Source of the DNA: an uncultured Rivularia sp.
GTDB taxonomy: Bacteria; Cyanobacteriota; Cyanobacteriia; Cyanobacteriales; Nostocaceae
Assembly (NCBI GenBank): GCA_963665115.1
Contig: OY762007.1
Location: forward strand, 5,312,001 to 5,376,000
Reading direction: 5' to 3'
Length of the DNA stretch: 64,000 nucleotides
In this document: one piece after another, positions 1 to 9,880 of the stretch
Position numbering within the stretch: the stretch's first letter is position 1
How the letters are laid out: each line of letters opens with the position of its first letter
Translations under genes and position numbers: made by a program
The notes under the pieces: generated by a model
What the model was told of the DNA's origin: nothing
Databases searched by the model: none
What the model saw: only the letters and a program-made list of their open reading frames with translations

Positions 1-389
1 AACGAATCGGGTAGTTCTGTTCTCGGTTAAACCGATTAGCAGAACAGCCGAGGAAAGACTTTTATTTCCCGCTCTAAGAGCGCAACTGATGCACTTATAA
101 GAGCGGGAATCCACATTTATTGTGTAGCCTTGCTGAATCTTTATACCCTCAATCCTTTGTCTCTAAAAATAATTTATCCTCACAATCACGGCTCGACCAT
201 ACAAAAAATGAATGATTGTACGGAACTAATCTTTTCATACAGCTTTATTGAACTGATTTTACTGGCAAATAATTTCAAAACTTTAAAAAAACATAAACAT
301 TTAAAACAAATGCATCATTTTGCCAGTTAATAGATGGTTGTCAAAAGCCACACTCATTGCTTTAGACCTTCCAACCCACAGTTGCTCGT

Positions 390-710
390 TTATCGAGCAA
401 CTGCGACAGCTAATGCTTCTGGAATTGAAGTTGGCTCCATTGTTCTCAAACTAGGAAACAAAAAGTGGTTTTCTTCTACATACTGAGCGCCAAACAGACC
501 CTTCTCAGCCCAAAAATAACGGTCTGTAGTGTGTTCGTTACGCTTCACTAGCAGTAGAGCGGGTGGAAGAATGCCTTCAGCTTGGATAAATTTCCTTGCT
601 GCGGTCACAGGTTTATCTTCGCCACTTTCGATGCTATATTGAGGCACGTGTTCTAGAATGCGCCGTCCTTCCTGACGACGACGGCTTTTGCGCTTCCTTC
701 TCCTAGCCAA
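390..710 (-). CDS. Conserved cyanobacterial hypothetical protein (DUF3155-like)
   Basis: 106-aa ORF with Arg/Lys-rich N-terminus and RYFWAEKGLFGAQY motif, divergent from the kinase gene. Confidence 0.7.
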   Translation of the reverse strand: MARRRKRKSRRRQEGRRILEHVPQYSIESGEDKPVTAARKFIQAEGILPPALLLVKRNEHTTDRYFWAEKGLFGAQYVEENHFLFPSLRTMEPTSIPEALAVAVAR

Positions 711-941
711 ACTATTTTCCTCCTCGTGTTAGCTACAGATTGTAGTTATAGCTACAAAATCCGAGCCAATTATAAAAGTTTTAATCAAAAAAATCAATGG
801 TTCTTAACTAACCGAAATTGAAACATAATTATTTGGATATAAATAAATCAAAAAGATTGAGTAATATAATGCTACGTAGTAAATTATTAAGACTCAGAAT
901 TAGTTAAACTTTGTAATATAGCGAGCCACAAGAATCCATTT

Positions 942-2255
942 ATGATCGTTTCTGCCAGTTCAGAGTTTGTTGCTCTGTGCCGAGAACAATTGACGCTGTT
1001 AGCGACAGGCTTAGGAGCATCTTTGAGCGTTGTATATTTGACGCAAGAATTGGCAGAGGTTCCACCACGCAAGGGGGAAGCCGAGCTAATTCCTGTTGCG
1101 GTTTATCCAGAGACTGCGGTGGTAGGGTTAGAGCATCAGATAGCTTTACCATTCGTGAATCGTTATTTGTTAAGTCCGTCGTCAGAAGTAATTAGTTCGC
1201 AATCTAATGATGCGTTCTCAAATCAAACACAAAAGAATAATCAAGAATACTTAATGGATCGGGACCAAATTGTTTTGCCTTTGATTCACGAAGATGTGAT
1301 GATGGGGTTATTGGTAACGACTAGAGAAGACCGTGCCTGGAAGGAAAGCGAACGCACTCAAGTCGAAAATGTGGCTCAAAGTTTGGCGATCGCCTGCATC
1401 ATGGATAAACGACGTGCTTGGTTAACAAGTCAGCTGCATCAACATCAAATAATGCAAGAAAAGCAGTTAGATTTGATGGATAACTTATTACATCAATTTC
1501 GCAATCCATTAACAGCTTTACGAACTTTTGGGAAACTCCTAACAAAGCGATTGCTACCAAAAGATGCAAATAGAGAGGTTGCTTTATCTATAGTTAGAGA
1601 AAGCGATAGGCTTAAAGAATTACTACAAAAATTTGATGAAGCAATAGACTTGAATCCCGAGGATTTGCTTCCAGCGAAATTAGCCGCAAAAAACCAAGTA
1701 GAAGTGGAAGCGACTATAGAAGAACATAAGCCTTTACTATTATTAAATGGGGCAGAACAAGAAGTTGTTGAATTTAATTTAAATGAAGTATTACGGCCAT
1801 TACTGATATCAGCTAAAGCAATAGCACAAGAACGTTCTCTAAAATTAATAACTGAAATTGATAATAGCTCGTGTCTGGTACAAGGAAATTCTCAGGCATT
1901 ACGAGAAGTATTAAGTAATATTATTGATAATGCTTTGAAATATACGACCGCAGGCGGAAAAATTCTAATTGAATCAATAACAGATAAAGCGAATTTTTTA
2001 GGAATTGCTATTAGCGATAACGGGCTAGGTATTCCACAACAAGATTTAAAGCATCTTGGAGAAAGAGGTTATCGAGGAGTAAAGGCAGAAACTGAAATTC
2101 CCGGTTCCGGATTGGGGTTAGCTATAGCGAAACAGTTGATAGAACAAATGCAGGGCGAAATGGAAGTTTTCAGCCCTGCTACTCGTTTTGCTATTAAATT
2201 AACCGATACTCCGGGAAGTACGTTTATTGTTCGTTTACCGGAAGCGGGTAAATAG
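942..2255 (+). CDS. GAF-domain sensor histidine kinase (Hik2/CSK-like)
   Basis: H-box LLHQFRNPLT, N-box NIIDNALKY, G boxes DNGLGIP and GSGLGL; N-terminal GAF-like region. Confidence 0.85.
   Translation: MIVSASSEFVALCREQLTLLATGLGASLSVVYLTQELAEVPPRKGEAELIPVAVYPETAVVGLEHQIALPFVNRYLLSPSSEVISSQSNDAFSNQTQKNNQEYLMDRDQIVLPLIHEDVMMGLLVTTREDRAWKESERTQVENVAQSLAIACIMDKRRAWLTSQLHQHQIMQEKQLDLMDNLLHQFRNPLTALRTFGKLLTKRLLPKDANREVALSIVRESDRLKELLQKFDEAIDLNPEDLLPAKLAAKNQVEVEATIEEHKPLLLLNGAEQEVVEFNLNEVLRPLLISAKAIAQERSLKLITEIDNSSCLVQGNSQALREVLSNIIDNALKYTTAGGKILIESITDKANFLGIAISDNGLGIPQQDLKHLGERGYRGVKAETEIPGSGLGLAIAKQLIEQMQGEMEVFSPATRFAIKLTDTPGSTFIVRLPEAGK
1386..1393. repeat. HIP1 octamer GCGATCGC (representative; also at 2556, 5790, 10262, 16861, 62867 and many more)
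   Basis: Palindrome seen repeatedly across the window; a cyanobacterial hallmark. Confidence 0.9.
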
Positions 2256-2392
2256 TTAGGAGTTAAGAGTCATTAGTAGAAAGTAGGGAGTAGCGAGTAG
2301 CAAGTAATGACTTTTTATTCTTATTGTCATAAATGTCACTGCTAATTACGTCTATTTTTACTCGCTATTTTAATAATCTCCCCACTCTCCCC
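2256..2392. repeat. Dispersed element with inverted heptamer arrays (GAGTAGC..TACTCGC); relatives at 4191-4310, 22890-23010 and 42498-42645
   Basis: Core TTTTTATT..TTGTCATAAATGTC..CGTCTATTTTTACTCGCTA..TTTAATAATCTCCC shared with the 42498 copy. Confidence 0.7.
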
Positions 2393-2402
2393 ATTTTCCC
2401 TA

Positions 2403-3641
2403 TTAGCGATATGAAACCTGAAAGCTTTTACCGATGGTCATTTCTAAATCGGTATTTGGATCGATAACAATCAAGTCAACACTCTTCTTGTTAAAGAAGA
2501 TTCCAGTTATCGCACCGATGGCTGCACCACCTAAAACTTCTTCAGTTGCTACAGCGCGATCGCCAGTTACGGCAGCGACAGCAGCAGCTGCACCTGCACC
2601 TAATGCGGTATTCTTGATGATACCTTTTGTGCTAGTACCTTTTCTAACTGTTTCAGTCTTGGTAATTACTCCAGAAGTAGCGCTAATGTTATATTCTTTT
2701 CCGCTAGTGGTAATTAGTTTTTGAGCTACGAACTGAGAACCACCCTCAGCAGGTTTAAGTTGACCTACAACGCTAGAACCCGCAGGGATTACTAAATCTC
2801 CCTTATCTGTAATTACGTTTTGCGAGATAGTCAAAGTCAAAGGCGCTGTTTCATCCTTTGTAACCATAATCTTTTCTGCTTTATCGTATTTAACTGGAAG
2901 AACAGTTCCTTCAGGAATCTCAACCTTCGCTAGGTCTGGAGTACCACCAATATCTACGATGTATTGCGAGCTAATAGCGCTAGCCTGATTGCTGCTAACT
3001 AAAGCTTGGTAAATATAAGCCGCTACATCTGCACGGGTTGCAGTTCCTTTAGGGCTGAGGAATTTAGTATTAGGATAGTTGACTACCATTCGCTTCTCTG
3101 TTGCTGCGGCGATAGGTGAGCGAGCATAATTGGAGATGTTATAAGCATCGTTATAGTATCCCAACGTGCTTTGAACATTACCGCTAGCAACATAGTCTAA
3201 ACCGTTGGAAAGAGAAACCAACACCTGCTCGCGAGGAATATTTTGAGTAGGGCGGAAAACTCTACCGGGATATCCAGACAAGAAACCAGTACTGTAAGCT
3301 TCTTGAATCGCACTGTAAGCCCAATAGTTAGATGAAACATCAACAAAATTAATTGGCTGTCTCTCTTGTCGCTTATTGAAAGCTTTGCGAATCATCGCAG
3401 CAAATTGAGAGCGCGTTACTGGTGCATCTGGACGGAAGCTACCATCGGGGAATCCGGCAATAACTCCTCTTTGTGCTAATTCTTTAATAAAAGGTGCCGC
3501 CCAATAGTTAGAAGAAACATCATAAAAACTACTTTGAGCAAAGGATGGAGCGGGTGCAATTAAAGGCGCTACAGCACCTGCTGTAATACCCACTGCCATG
3601 AATGCAGCACATTTTGATTTCCAACGATTTAGATTAGACAT
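2403..3641 (-). CDS. S-layer homology (SLH) domain protein with C-terminal glycine-zipper-like domain
   Basis: Signal peptide, SLH repeats (FYDVSSNYWA, GFPDGSFRPDAPVTRSQFA, GYPGRVFRP), GAGAAAAVAA zipper; start chosen at MSNLNR. Confidence 0.85.
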   Translation of the reverse strand: MSNLNRWKSKCAAFMAVGITAGAVAPLIAPAPSFAQSSFYDVSSNYWAAPFIKELAQRGVIAGFPDGSFRPDAPVTRSQFAAMIRKAFNKRQERQPINFVDVSSNYWAYSAIQEAYSTGFLSGYPGRVFRPTQNIPREQVLVSLSNGLDYVASGNVQSTLGYYNDAYNISNYARSPIAAATEKRMVVNYPNTKFLSPKGTATRADVAAYIYQALVSSNQASAISSQYIVDIGGTPDLAKVEIPEGTVLPVKYDKAEKIMVTKDETAPLTLTISQNVITDKGDLVIPAGSSVVGQLKPAEGGSQFVAQKLITTSGKEYNISATSGVITKTETVRKGTSTKGIIKNTALGAGAAAAVAAVTGDRAVATEEVLGGAAIGAITGIFFNKKSVDLIVIDPNTDLEMTIGKSFQVSYR

Positions 3642-3685
3642 TATTTTTATCCCCAACAATTCCGTTTATTCCTGTTAATTATTTT

Positions 3686-3836
3686 GACAAAATCTCAGAT
3701 TAAATGTTCCGAGTTTTATTATTTTTTAGAGCCTATTTTCGACATGACTGCCCGAGCTTCTCTTAGGAATAAACTGTCCTATATAAAGACTATTTCCATT
3801 TATTTAGCTCGGACGTACAGTTAATATAGTAGTTGC
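3686..3836 (-). promoter_or_regulatory. Two ECF-sigma-type promoters (GGAAC-N17-GTC at 3710-3686; GCAAC-N17-GTC at 3836-3812)
   Basis: Exact 17-bp spacing; same motif occurs twice upstream of the paralog. Confidence 0.6.
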
Positions 3837-4396
3837 TTTAAATATAAAAAAGTTCCGTAATTTCTTTAGATAGTAGTTTTAAATAAGCTCAAGTTGCTTA
3901 AGTAGCCTTAAATCGCTTACGCTATGCCAGTTATAGCTCATAGGTATTACAGCTAAGTTAGCTTATGTGTCACTTTAAGCAATCACAGCTAAGCAGTACC
4001 GAAGGCACCTAAATAAGTTAATCTTCAGCTTTATTGCTTTTGGCTAATACTATTTAAGCGTTAATATACTTAATTAATTGCTTTACTAAATTCGTTTATA
4101 GGTTCTCTATCTATTTTTTATACAGCTAGTCAAATTGAATATCAGGACTACTGTAATTTTAGATTGGGCATTGGGAATAGTTGAGAATTAGGAGTGAGTA
4201 GCGAGTAGCAAGTAAACTACCAATTCGTTCTTGTTTTCGGCTCCTCAACCATCCATTCCCTAATAATGACTCTTTACTCACTACTTTAAGAATCTCCCCC
4301 ATCTCTCCCAAAAAACAAGCCATCGTACACTTTCGGTTTCAAGTGACGATGGCGTTAATTCAAAATTAGATGAAAACTGTGTTGCGGTGGGCAATG

Positions 4397-5062
4397 CTAG
4401 AAGCGGGATAGTGATAAATTAGAACGCAAAGTGACATCTAAGTCGTTTTGAGGGTTGATAACTACAACTTCAACTGTCTTGCGTCGCAATAAGATACCTG
4501 CTATGGCACCCGCAGCGGCACCAGCTATAGGTTCTAAGGTTTCAATTTTATTATTTCCTGTTATTAGTGAAATTACAGATGCAGCAGCGGTACCGTAAGC
4601 AGCATCGGTTAAAATTTTCCCGGTACTAGCACCTCTTTTGATTGTTTCTTTATTAGTAACTACCGCAGAAGTTGCATCGATATTCTGCTTTCTACCATCG
4701 GGAAAAACTAATTCTCGCGCAACGAATTGAGAACCTTTTTCACCATTAAAAGTTGCTGGTTGTAATCTTCCCACAAGTTCGCTTCCCCGTGGAATTAAGA
4801 TGTTTCTGTTGCTATCAATAATATTAGTTGCAACTGTTAAAGTTAAGTCCGTAGTTTCATCGGGGGTGACAACAACTTTCTCTTTATCAAAAGTAACGGG
4901 AAGTCTCACTCCTTCAGGAATAGAAACTCCTCTCGAACGTTGTCCGAAAATAGCTTGTGCGGTAGCAGGGGTTGATACCAAGATAGGTGCAGCCGCAGCG
5001 GTTGTAATGCCTAGTGCCAAAAATGCAGCGGTTCCAGATTTGAAACGATAAAAGCCAGTCAT
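4397..5062 (-). CDS. Secreted protein paralogous to the C-terminal domain of the SLH protein
   Basis: IPEGVRLPV, GSQFVA, ETIKRGAST match IPEGTVLPV, GSQFVA, ETVRKGTST in the SLH protein. Confidence 0.8.
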   Translation of the reverse strand: MTGFYRFKSGTAAFLALGITTAAAAPILVSTPATAQAIFGQRSRGVSIPEGVRLPVTFDKEKVVVTPDETTDLTLTVATNIIDSNRNILIPRGSELVGRLQPATFNGEKGSQFVARELVFPDGRKQNIDATSAVVTNKETIKRGASTGKILTDAAYGTAAASVISLITGNNKIETLEPIAGAAAGAIAGILLRRKTVEVVVINPQNDLDVTLRSNLSLSRF

Positions 5063-5097
5063 AAGAGAATTCCTTTAGTCTTGAGACTGTATGTTAT

Positions 5098-5289
5098 GAC
5101 GCGAAGATAATAATATTGTTTCTATAAAATTATAGAGTTGGGAATCGGGGATGGGGCATTGGGCATTAGATATTGATAACTGCTAGTTACTAATTGCTAA
5201 CTAGTTCTTTAGATGATTTTAAATCTTCCTTTAGATATAATTTATAGTATTAAATATGAGTGAAGACGCGATTTTTTTTACATTGTTCC
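5098..5289 (-). promoter_or_regulatory. Two ECF-sigma-type promoters (GAAAC-N17-GTC at 5122-5098; GGAAC-N17-GTC at 5289-5265)
   Basis: Exact 17-bp spacing, both with CGCGTC at -10. Confidence 0.6.
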
Positions 5290-5306
5290 GACTTTTTATT
5301 TCTAGT

Positions 5307-5341
5307 AAGAAACCCGGTTTTTCCAAAAAACCGGGTTTCTT
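5307..5341. terminator. Palindrome AAGAAACCCGGTTTTT-CC-AAAAAACCGGGTTTCTT, likely terminator or repeat element
   Basis: Near-perfect inverted repeat downstream of the PEP-CTERM gene. Confidence 0.5.
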
Positions 5342-5432
5342 AATGATGGGAATTTTTATGACAAATTTAGCAATTCTAGATTTTTCGTTTAGTTAAACGC
5401 TCCGGTATGCCGGTACTATAAAAGTTTATAGG

Positions 5433-6155
5433 CTAACTAATCGCTTGATTTTTGGAACGCTTGCGGCGAAGCATTACGCCAAATCCCCCAGCGACAACCG
5501 TACCGAGAATTGTAAAAGGTTCGGGTACGGGTTCGGTTTGAGCATTGTTTATTTGTAGGGCGGATGTGCTACTAAAATCTCCTATATCAACAACACCAAT
5601 TCCGACTTGATAGTTACCAGCATTGGCGAAGGTATAGTTAAAAGTTTTTGCACCTGTTTCTGAATTAAAGTTAGTGGAACTATTTAAAGCATTGCTTACA
5701 TCAGCGAGTCTGGTAACAACTCCGTTAGCTACGAAAAAGGCGTAATCATCGAATGAATCGTTAGTGAGATAATTCCAGTCGAATGAAAGGCGATCGCCTT
5801 TTCTGACATTTAAGTTGGTTGTAATCGCAGAACCTTCAGTAGCTACATCGAAAGAATTAATGTCTAAAGCTCTAGGAGTTACACCCACAAAAGTTTCTAA
5901 CGGACTACCAGCCGCAACTGGGCTGTTACCGGAATAGTTAAAAGTGCCTGCTGCTTGCGGAAAATCATCTTGTGCTGTGAAAGAAGCGGTAGAAATATTA
6001 GCTTGATTCCCAGTCACATCAACATCACCAACTCTTGTCCAGCTACCTAAATCGATGCTGACAGCTTGCGCGGAATTGGCAAAAACAAGGCTAGTTGAAG
6101 CGAATAAACCGAAAATACCTACTAAGCGACTTGAAAAACCTTTGAAGTTAGACAT
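5433..6155 (-). CDS. PEP-CTERM sorting-domain protein
   Basis: Signal peptide; C-terminal VPEP, TM helix and RRKR tail; start chosen at MSNFKG. Confidence 0.9.
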   Translation of the reverse strand: MSNFKGFSSRLVGIFGLFASTSLVFANSAQAVSIDLGSWTRVGDVDVTGNQANISTASFTAQDDFPQAAGTFNYSGNSPVAAGSPLETFVGVTPRALDINSFDVATEGSAITTNLNVRKGDRLSFDWNYLTNDSFDDYAFFVANGVVTRLADVSNALNSSTNFNSETGAKTFNYTFANAGNYQVGIGVVDIGDFSSTSALQINNAQTEPVPEPFTILGTVVAGGFGVMLRRKRSKNQAIS

Positions 6156-6229
6156 AATTCCTCTGGGTGTTGATAAAAAGATCGAAGACAACAAAAAAGA
6201 GGGAATTTTCATCCCTCACGTTCATTTCG

Positions 6230-9200
6230 TTAAAAAATAAAGCTGTTTTCAGCGTTAGCAGATAGATTTTCTTCTGTCACACCCTGAAGGAGAACCAAAG
6301 CACGGGGTATGAAGCCGTTACCCATGCCATCTCGATCGATTTGAACCAAAGCATCGCCTCTGCTGGAACCAAAGCTGACGTAACCGTCGCCAATTGCGTC
6401 GGAACCTGCATAACCCAAGCTATCAAGCAACTGAGTCAGAACAATTTTGTCGCTACCTAATTCAAAGTCGGTAATGATATCCCCTGCATCGCGGATATCG
6501 GTGTAAACGAATTGGTCAGCACCACCATTTCCGGTGAGTATATCGCGACTTTGGAAACCTGTAATTACGTTGTTAGCGCTATCACCTATAAGACTATCCC
6601 GTCCTGGTGTGCCGGGGATTATAGAAACTGACGAGGTATCTTCATCATCGTTAATAATGCTAAAACGTAGCGAAGAAACGAGGAGTTCAAAGGAAGAAGC
6701 TTGCTCATCTTCCAACGCAATACTCACGTCAAAAGTTTCTGTCCCCTCAACAAGTGAGTCGTCTACTATTTCAATATCAAATGTTCCAAAATCGGCACCG
6801 TCTTCAATTACAACCTCTCCAGTGACAATACCATCGAGGAAATCATTTGCTTCTGCTGGCTCTGTTCCTACTCCCTCAATGCTGTAGTTCACAGTCAAAT
6901 CACCTTCAGAAGAGCCACGCGCTACGGTAAGTGTTGCTCTACGGGCTGACGCATCCTCTTCATCAAGCTCTGCAAGGTTACTTGTGAGAATAACAACAGG
7001 ATCAATTACGGGGTCAACAGCAACTGTACCCACAATAGGATCGAACGTATTATCCGTCAGTTTTGCTGCCTCGATAAACTCTTGATTGTTAGTAAGTGCA
7101 AAATCTAAAATTGCTGCTTCACGTAATACTGGATTCGTAATTCCAAATGCATCAACTGCTGCTTCTGCACTAAGTCTCAAAATTTCTGGGAGACTATCAA
7201 TTGTAATAATGCGTGTAGGTGCAACATATTCTTCGGAGACACCTGGAAGCATTGATGTATTTTCATCAACAAGCCAACTTGCTGCATAGTCCCCATATAG
7301 AATTTCAGCAGATAAGGGAGTTGAAAGAATAGTCCCGTCATCTAATTGAAAATCATCACTGGGATTACCATTTGCATTACCAAGCAAGCCCTCAATTTCT
7401 CCGCTATTTCTAGTAATTGAAGGTGATGGGCTGACATTTATAAAGCTACTAAATACATCAACAGATGTTGAATCTCCATTGCCATAGTCAATATCGTAGC
7501 GTTGACCTATGCGTGAGATAGAACCACTGCCTACTGTAACGGAATTACCATCCGCTATAGTTGTTGCTGCTCCATCAATAAGAAGTTTTCCTTCACTACC
7601 ATCAGCTTCTAAAGATATAACAGTTCCATCAACAGAAGTTGCCATAGCCTCGGTGACAGAAACGGCAGATGAAAGTGCTACAAATCGTGCTTGAACTTCA
7701 TACTCTGCACCTGCTGTTGCTTTTGCGAGAATAAAATCTCCCGAAGCTTGAAAATCGTAAGCAAGATTATCAAAGGTGATTAGGTGTGGATCGCCAAAAG
7801 TTCTTCCACCTCGGTTATCTACTTGATCGCCAATTAAAACTCCTGAAGCATCATTATCTTCTATGAGAATAAGTCCAGACAGAGGATTATCATCTTCAAC
7901 TGAGATTTCCAGAGAAAACGCTACATCACCAAAGACTTCCGATACACTCGCACCAATAATTAAATTAGGGTTTGAACCTGCTTCAAGTGTGGAAGGAAAA
8001 TCATTAAAAACCGCATTTCCTGTAGTGACTTGACCATCTACAAATACTGTTACAGGAAAAGACGTTTCACCTTCTCGTATTAAATCGAAGATAACTTGAG
8101 TATCTTGCGTTGTGCCGACAACAAAATCATTAACAAAGTTTAGTGTGTTCCCTAAAAGTTGCACCCTTCTATCAGAGAACTCTCCAAATTCAACGTTAGT
8201 TAAAGTATCTGTTCCATCTGATTGTGTACCTCTAGCATGAGTGATAGTAACTATTTCCCCATCATCTGAAATTTCAAAGTCGTAGTTTACTACCGCCTCG
8301 GAATATATTGCGGTATCTTCACCTTCTCCACCATCAAGAGAATCATTTCCTGCACCACCATCTAAAGTATCGTTACCAGAAAAGCTAGAAAAGTTATCGC
8401 CAATTAGTGTGTCATTTCCACCAAGACCTTCTAAAATATCATTACCTCTACCACCTCTAATTTCATCGTCATCATCATCTTCTCCTAAAATAAAAGCGTC
8501 TGGATTGGAAAAAACTGGGATTTCGTCGTAAATATCATTCCAATCATCAGTTCGGTCAATAATGACCAAACTGTCTTTTTCCATCTGGTCATAATATTCG
8601 GAAGTTAAAATCCGGTTTGTAGTGTAAATATATTGTTGTTGGGCATGTTCTTCAAAACTAAAGAATCCACCTCCATGTTCCGAACCTATAACAGTATAAA
8701 GATTGGTTGTAGAATTCTGTGCGCTAGAAATTCCGACAATGGAGTATACAGGATCATTTTCATGACCAATATTGAGAATACGTGTCTCTAAGGAATCTTC
8801 GGTAGCATCTGGAGATGCGAAAGCAACCGCTGCATATTGATTTCCAGGATTATCTACCATAAAGTACTCGACCATAGCACCACCAAGACTATGACCAGTA
8901 ACCAGAATTTTTGATGGTTTATTCTCTTGGATATAGCTGTTAAATGCGTTAAATAGCGGATTAAATAAATCGTAAAATCCTCTTCTTCCTATCCAATATG
9001 CTCGATCTCCTTGAGCAGTTTCTGTACCTCGAAAAGCAAGTACAAGAGTGTCAGATATTTGAGACTTAAAAATTGTGGCATTTGCATCACCAGAATCAAT
9101 ATCAGGAGCTTCCCTTCTATAGGAATTACCCCTAATTAAATTTTCCGTTAACCCAAAATCAGTAAGGTTTGGTGTAATAACGTCCCATCCGGCAATACTA

Positions 9201-9310
9201 GCTGTATCGTTGTAGGCTTCATCAGCAACTTCTGCTAATAGGAGTATTTCTTCACTAGATAAAGTTGGGTGATGAAATATCGTATCTGGAACATTTGGCT
9301 TCAAATTCAT
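6230..9310 (-). CDS. Secreted multidomain protein: class-3 lipase-like, RTX Ca-binding repeats, VWD, Calx-beta, T1SS C-terminal signal
   Basis: LAFRGT and GHSLGG lipase motifs, GGxGxDxL repeats, GDPHLITFD, DDSLVEGTETF, DIITDF..GSDKI. Confidence 0.8.
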   Translation of the reverse strand: MNLKPNVPDTIFHHPTLSSEEILLLAEVADEAYNDTASIAGWDVITPNLTDFGLTENLIRGNSYRREAPDIDSGDANATIFKSQISDTLVLAFRGTETAQGDRAYWIGRRGFYDLFNPLFNAFNSYIQENKPSKILVTGHSLGGAMVEYFMVDNPGNQYAAVAFASPDATEDSLETRILNIGHENDPVYSIVGISSAQNSTTNLYTVIGSEHGGGFFSFEEHAQQQYIYTTNRILTSEYYDQMEKDSLVIIDRTDDWNDIYDEIPVFSNPDAFILGEDDDDDEIRGGRGNDILEGLGGNDTLIGDNFSSFSGNDTLDGGAGNDSLDGGEGEDTAIYSEAVVNYDFEISDDGEIVTITHARGTQSDGTDTLTNVEFGEFSDRRVQLLGNTLNFVNDFVVGTTQDTQVIFDLIREGETSFPVTVFVDGQVTTGNAVFNDFPSTLEAGSNPNLIIGASVSEVFGDVAFSLEISVEDDNPLSGLILIEDNDASGVLIGDQVDNRGGRTFGDPHLITFDNLAYDFQASGDFILAKATAGAEYEVQARFVALSSAVSVTEAMATSVDGTVISLEADGSEGKLLIDGAATTIADGNSVTVGSGSISRIGQRYDIDYGNGDSTSVDVFSSFINVSPSPSITRNSGEIEGLLGNANGNPSDDFQLDDGTILSTPLSAEILYGDYAASWLVDENTSMLPGVSEEYVAPTRIITIDSLPEILRLSAEAAVDAFGITNPVLREAAILDFALTNNQEFIEAAKLTDNTFDPIVGTVAVDPVIDPVVILTSNLAELDEEDASARRATLTVARGSSEGDLTVNYSIEGVGTEPAEANDFLDGIVTGEVVIEDGADFGTFDIEIVDDSLVEGTETFDVSIALEDEQASSFELLVSSLRFSIINDDEDTSSVSIIPGTPGRDSLIGDSANNVITGFQSRDILTGNGGADQFVYTDIRDAGDIITDFELGSDKIVLTQLLDSLGYAGSDAIGDGYVSFGSSRGDALVQIDRDGMGNGFIPRALVLLQGVTEENLSANAENSFIF

Positions 9311-9880
9311 AAATATTTCCTTAGATTTAGTTAGTGGATTATTAGGCACAGCAAATTAGCTACAACTTTGTCATAGCTTTAGAGTTAGCTGGTAAAACAG
9401 TTAACTCACGTGGATTATTTCAAACGAAAAAGCAACTCCAACTTGAATTGCATTATTCCTAATTCAATCCCAGCAAACAAGTCAAATATGAAGCAGATGC
9501 AGCGAATCATAAACAACTAATTTCCGAACTTAGTTGTGTTAATAGATGCTTCATACTCCGAATTGGTCGGAAATATGATTTGATATCAATCGATTAAGGT
9601 GTATTTTATACTTATTCGTTAAGTGAAAACTACATATTATTCTAATCTTTAATCACTTTTCATAATTGTTTGCGTAAGTATTCGTAAACAAAAAAGCTCG
9701 CTGGGAGAAGCTTTGAGGGTAATTCTGTAATCAAGTCATTTAAAGCAAGTATAAATTTAAGATGAATTTGCTTCTACTACGCGAAAACAAGCAAGATTTG
9801 TTACGCACAAATTGCATTAACAAAATATTAAGAAGTAAGCTAATCTAACAATAAAAATTTAGCTTAAATTCAACGCTGAC

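Noticed and set aside
3870..4035. Loose recurrence of TAAG/AGCT words upstream of the SLH gene
   Set aside because: No consistent period or unit could be defined by eye.
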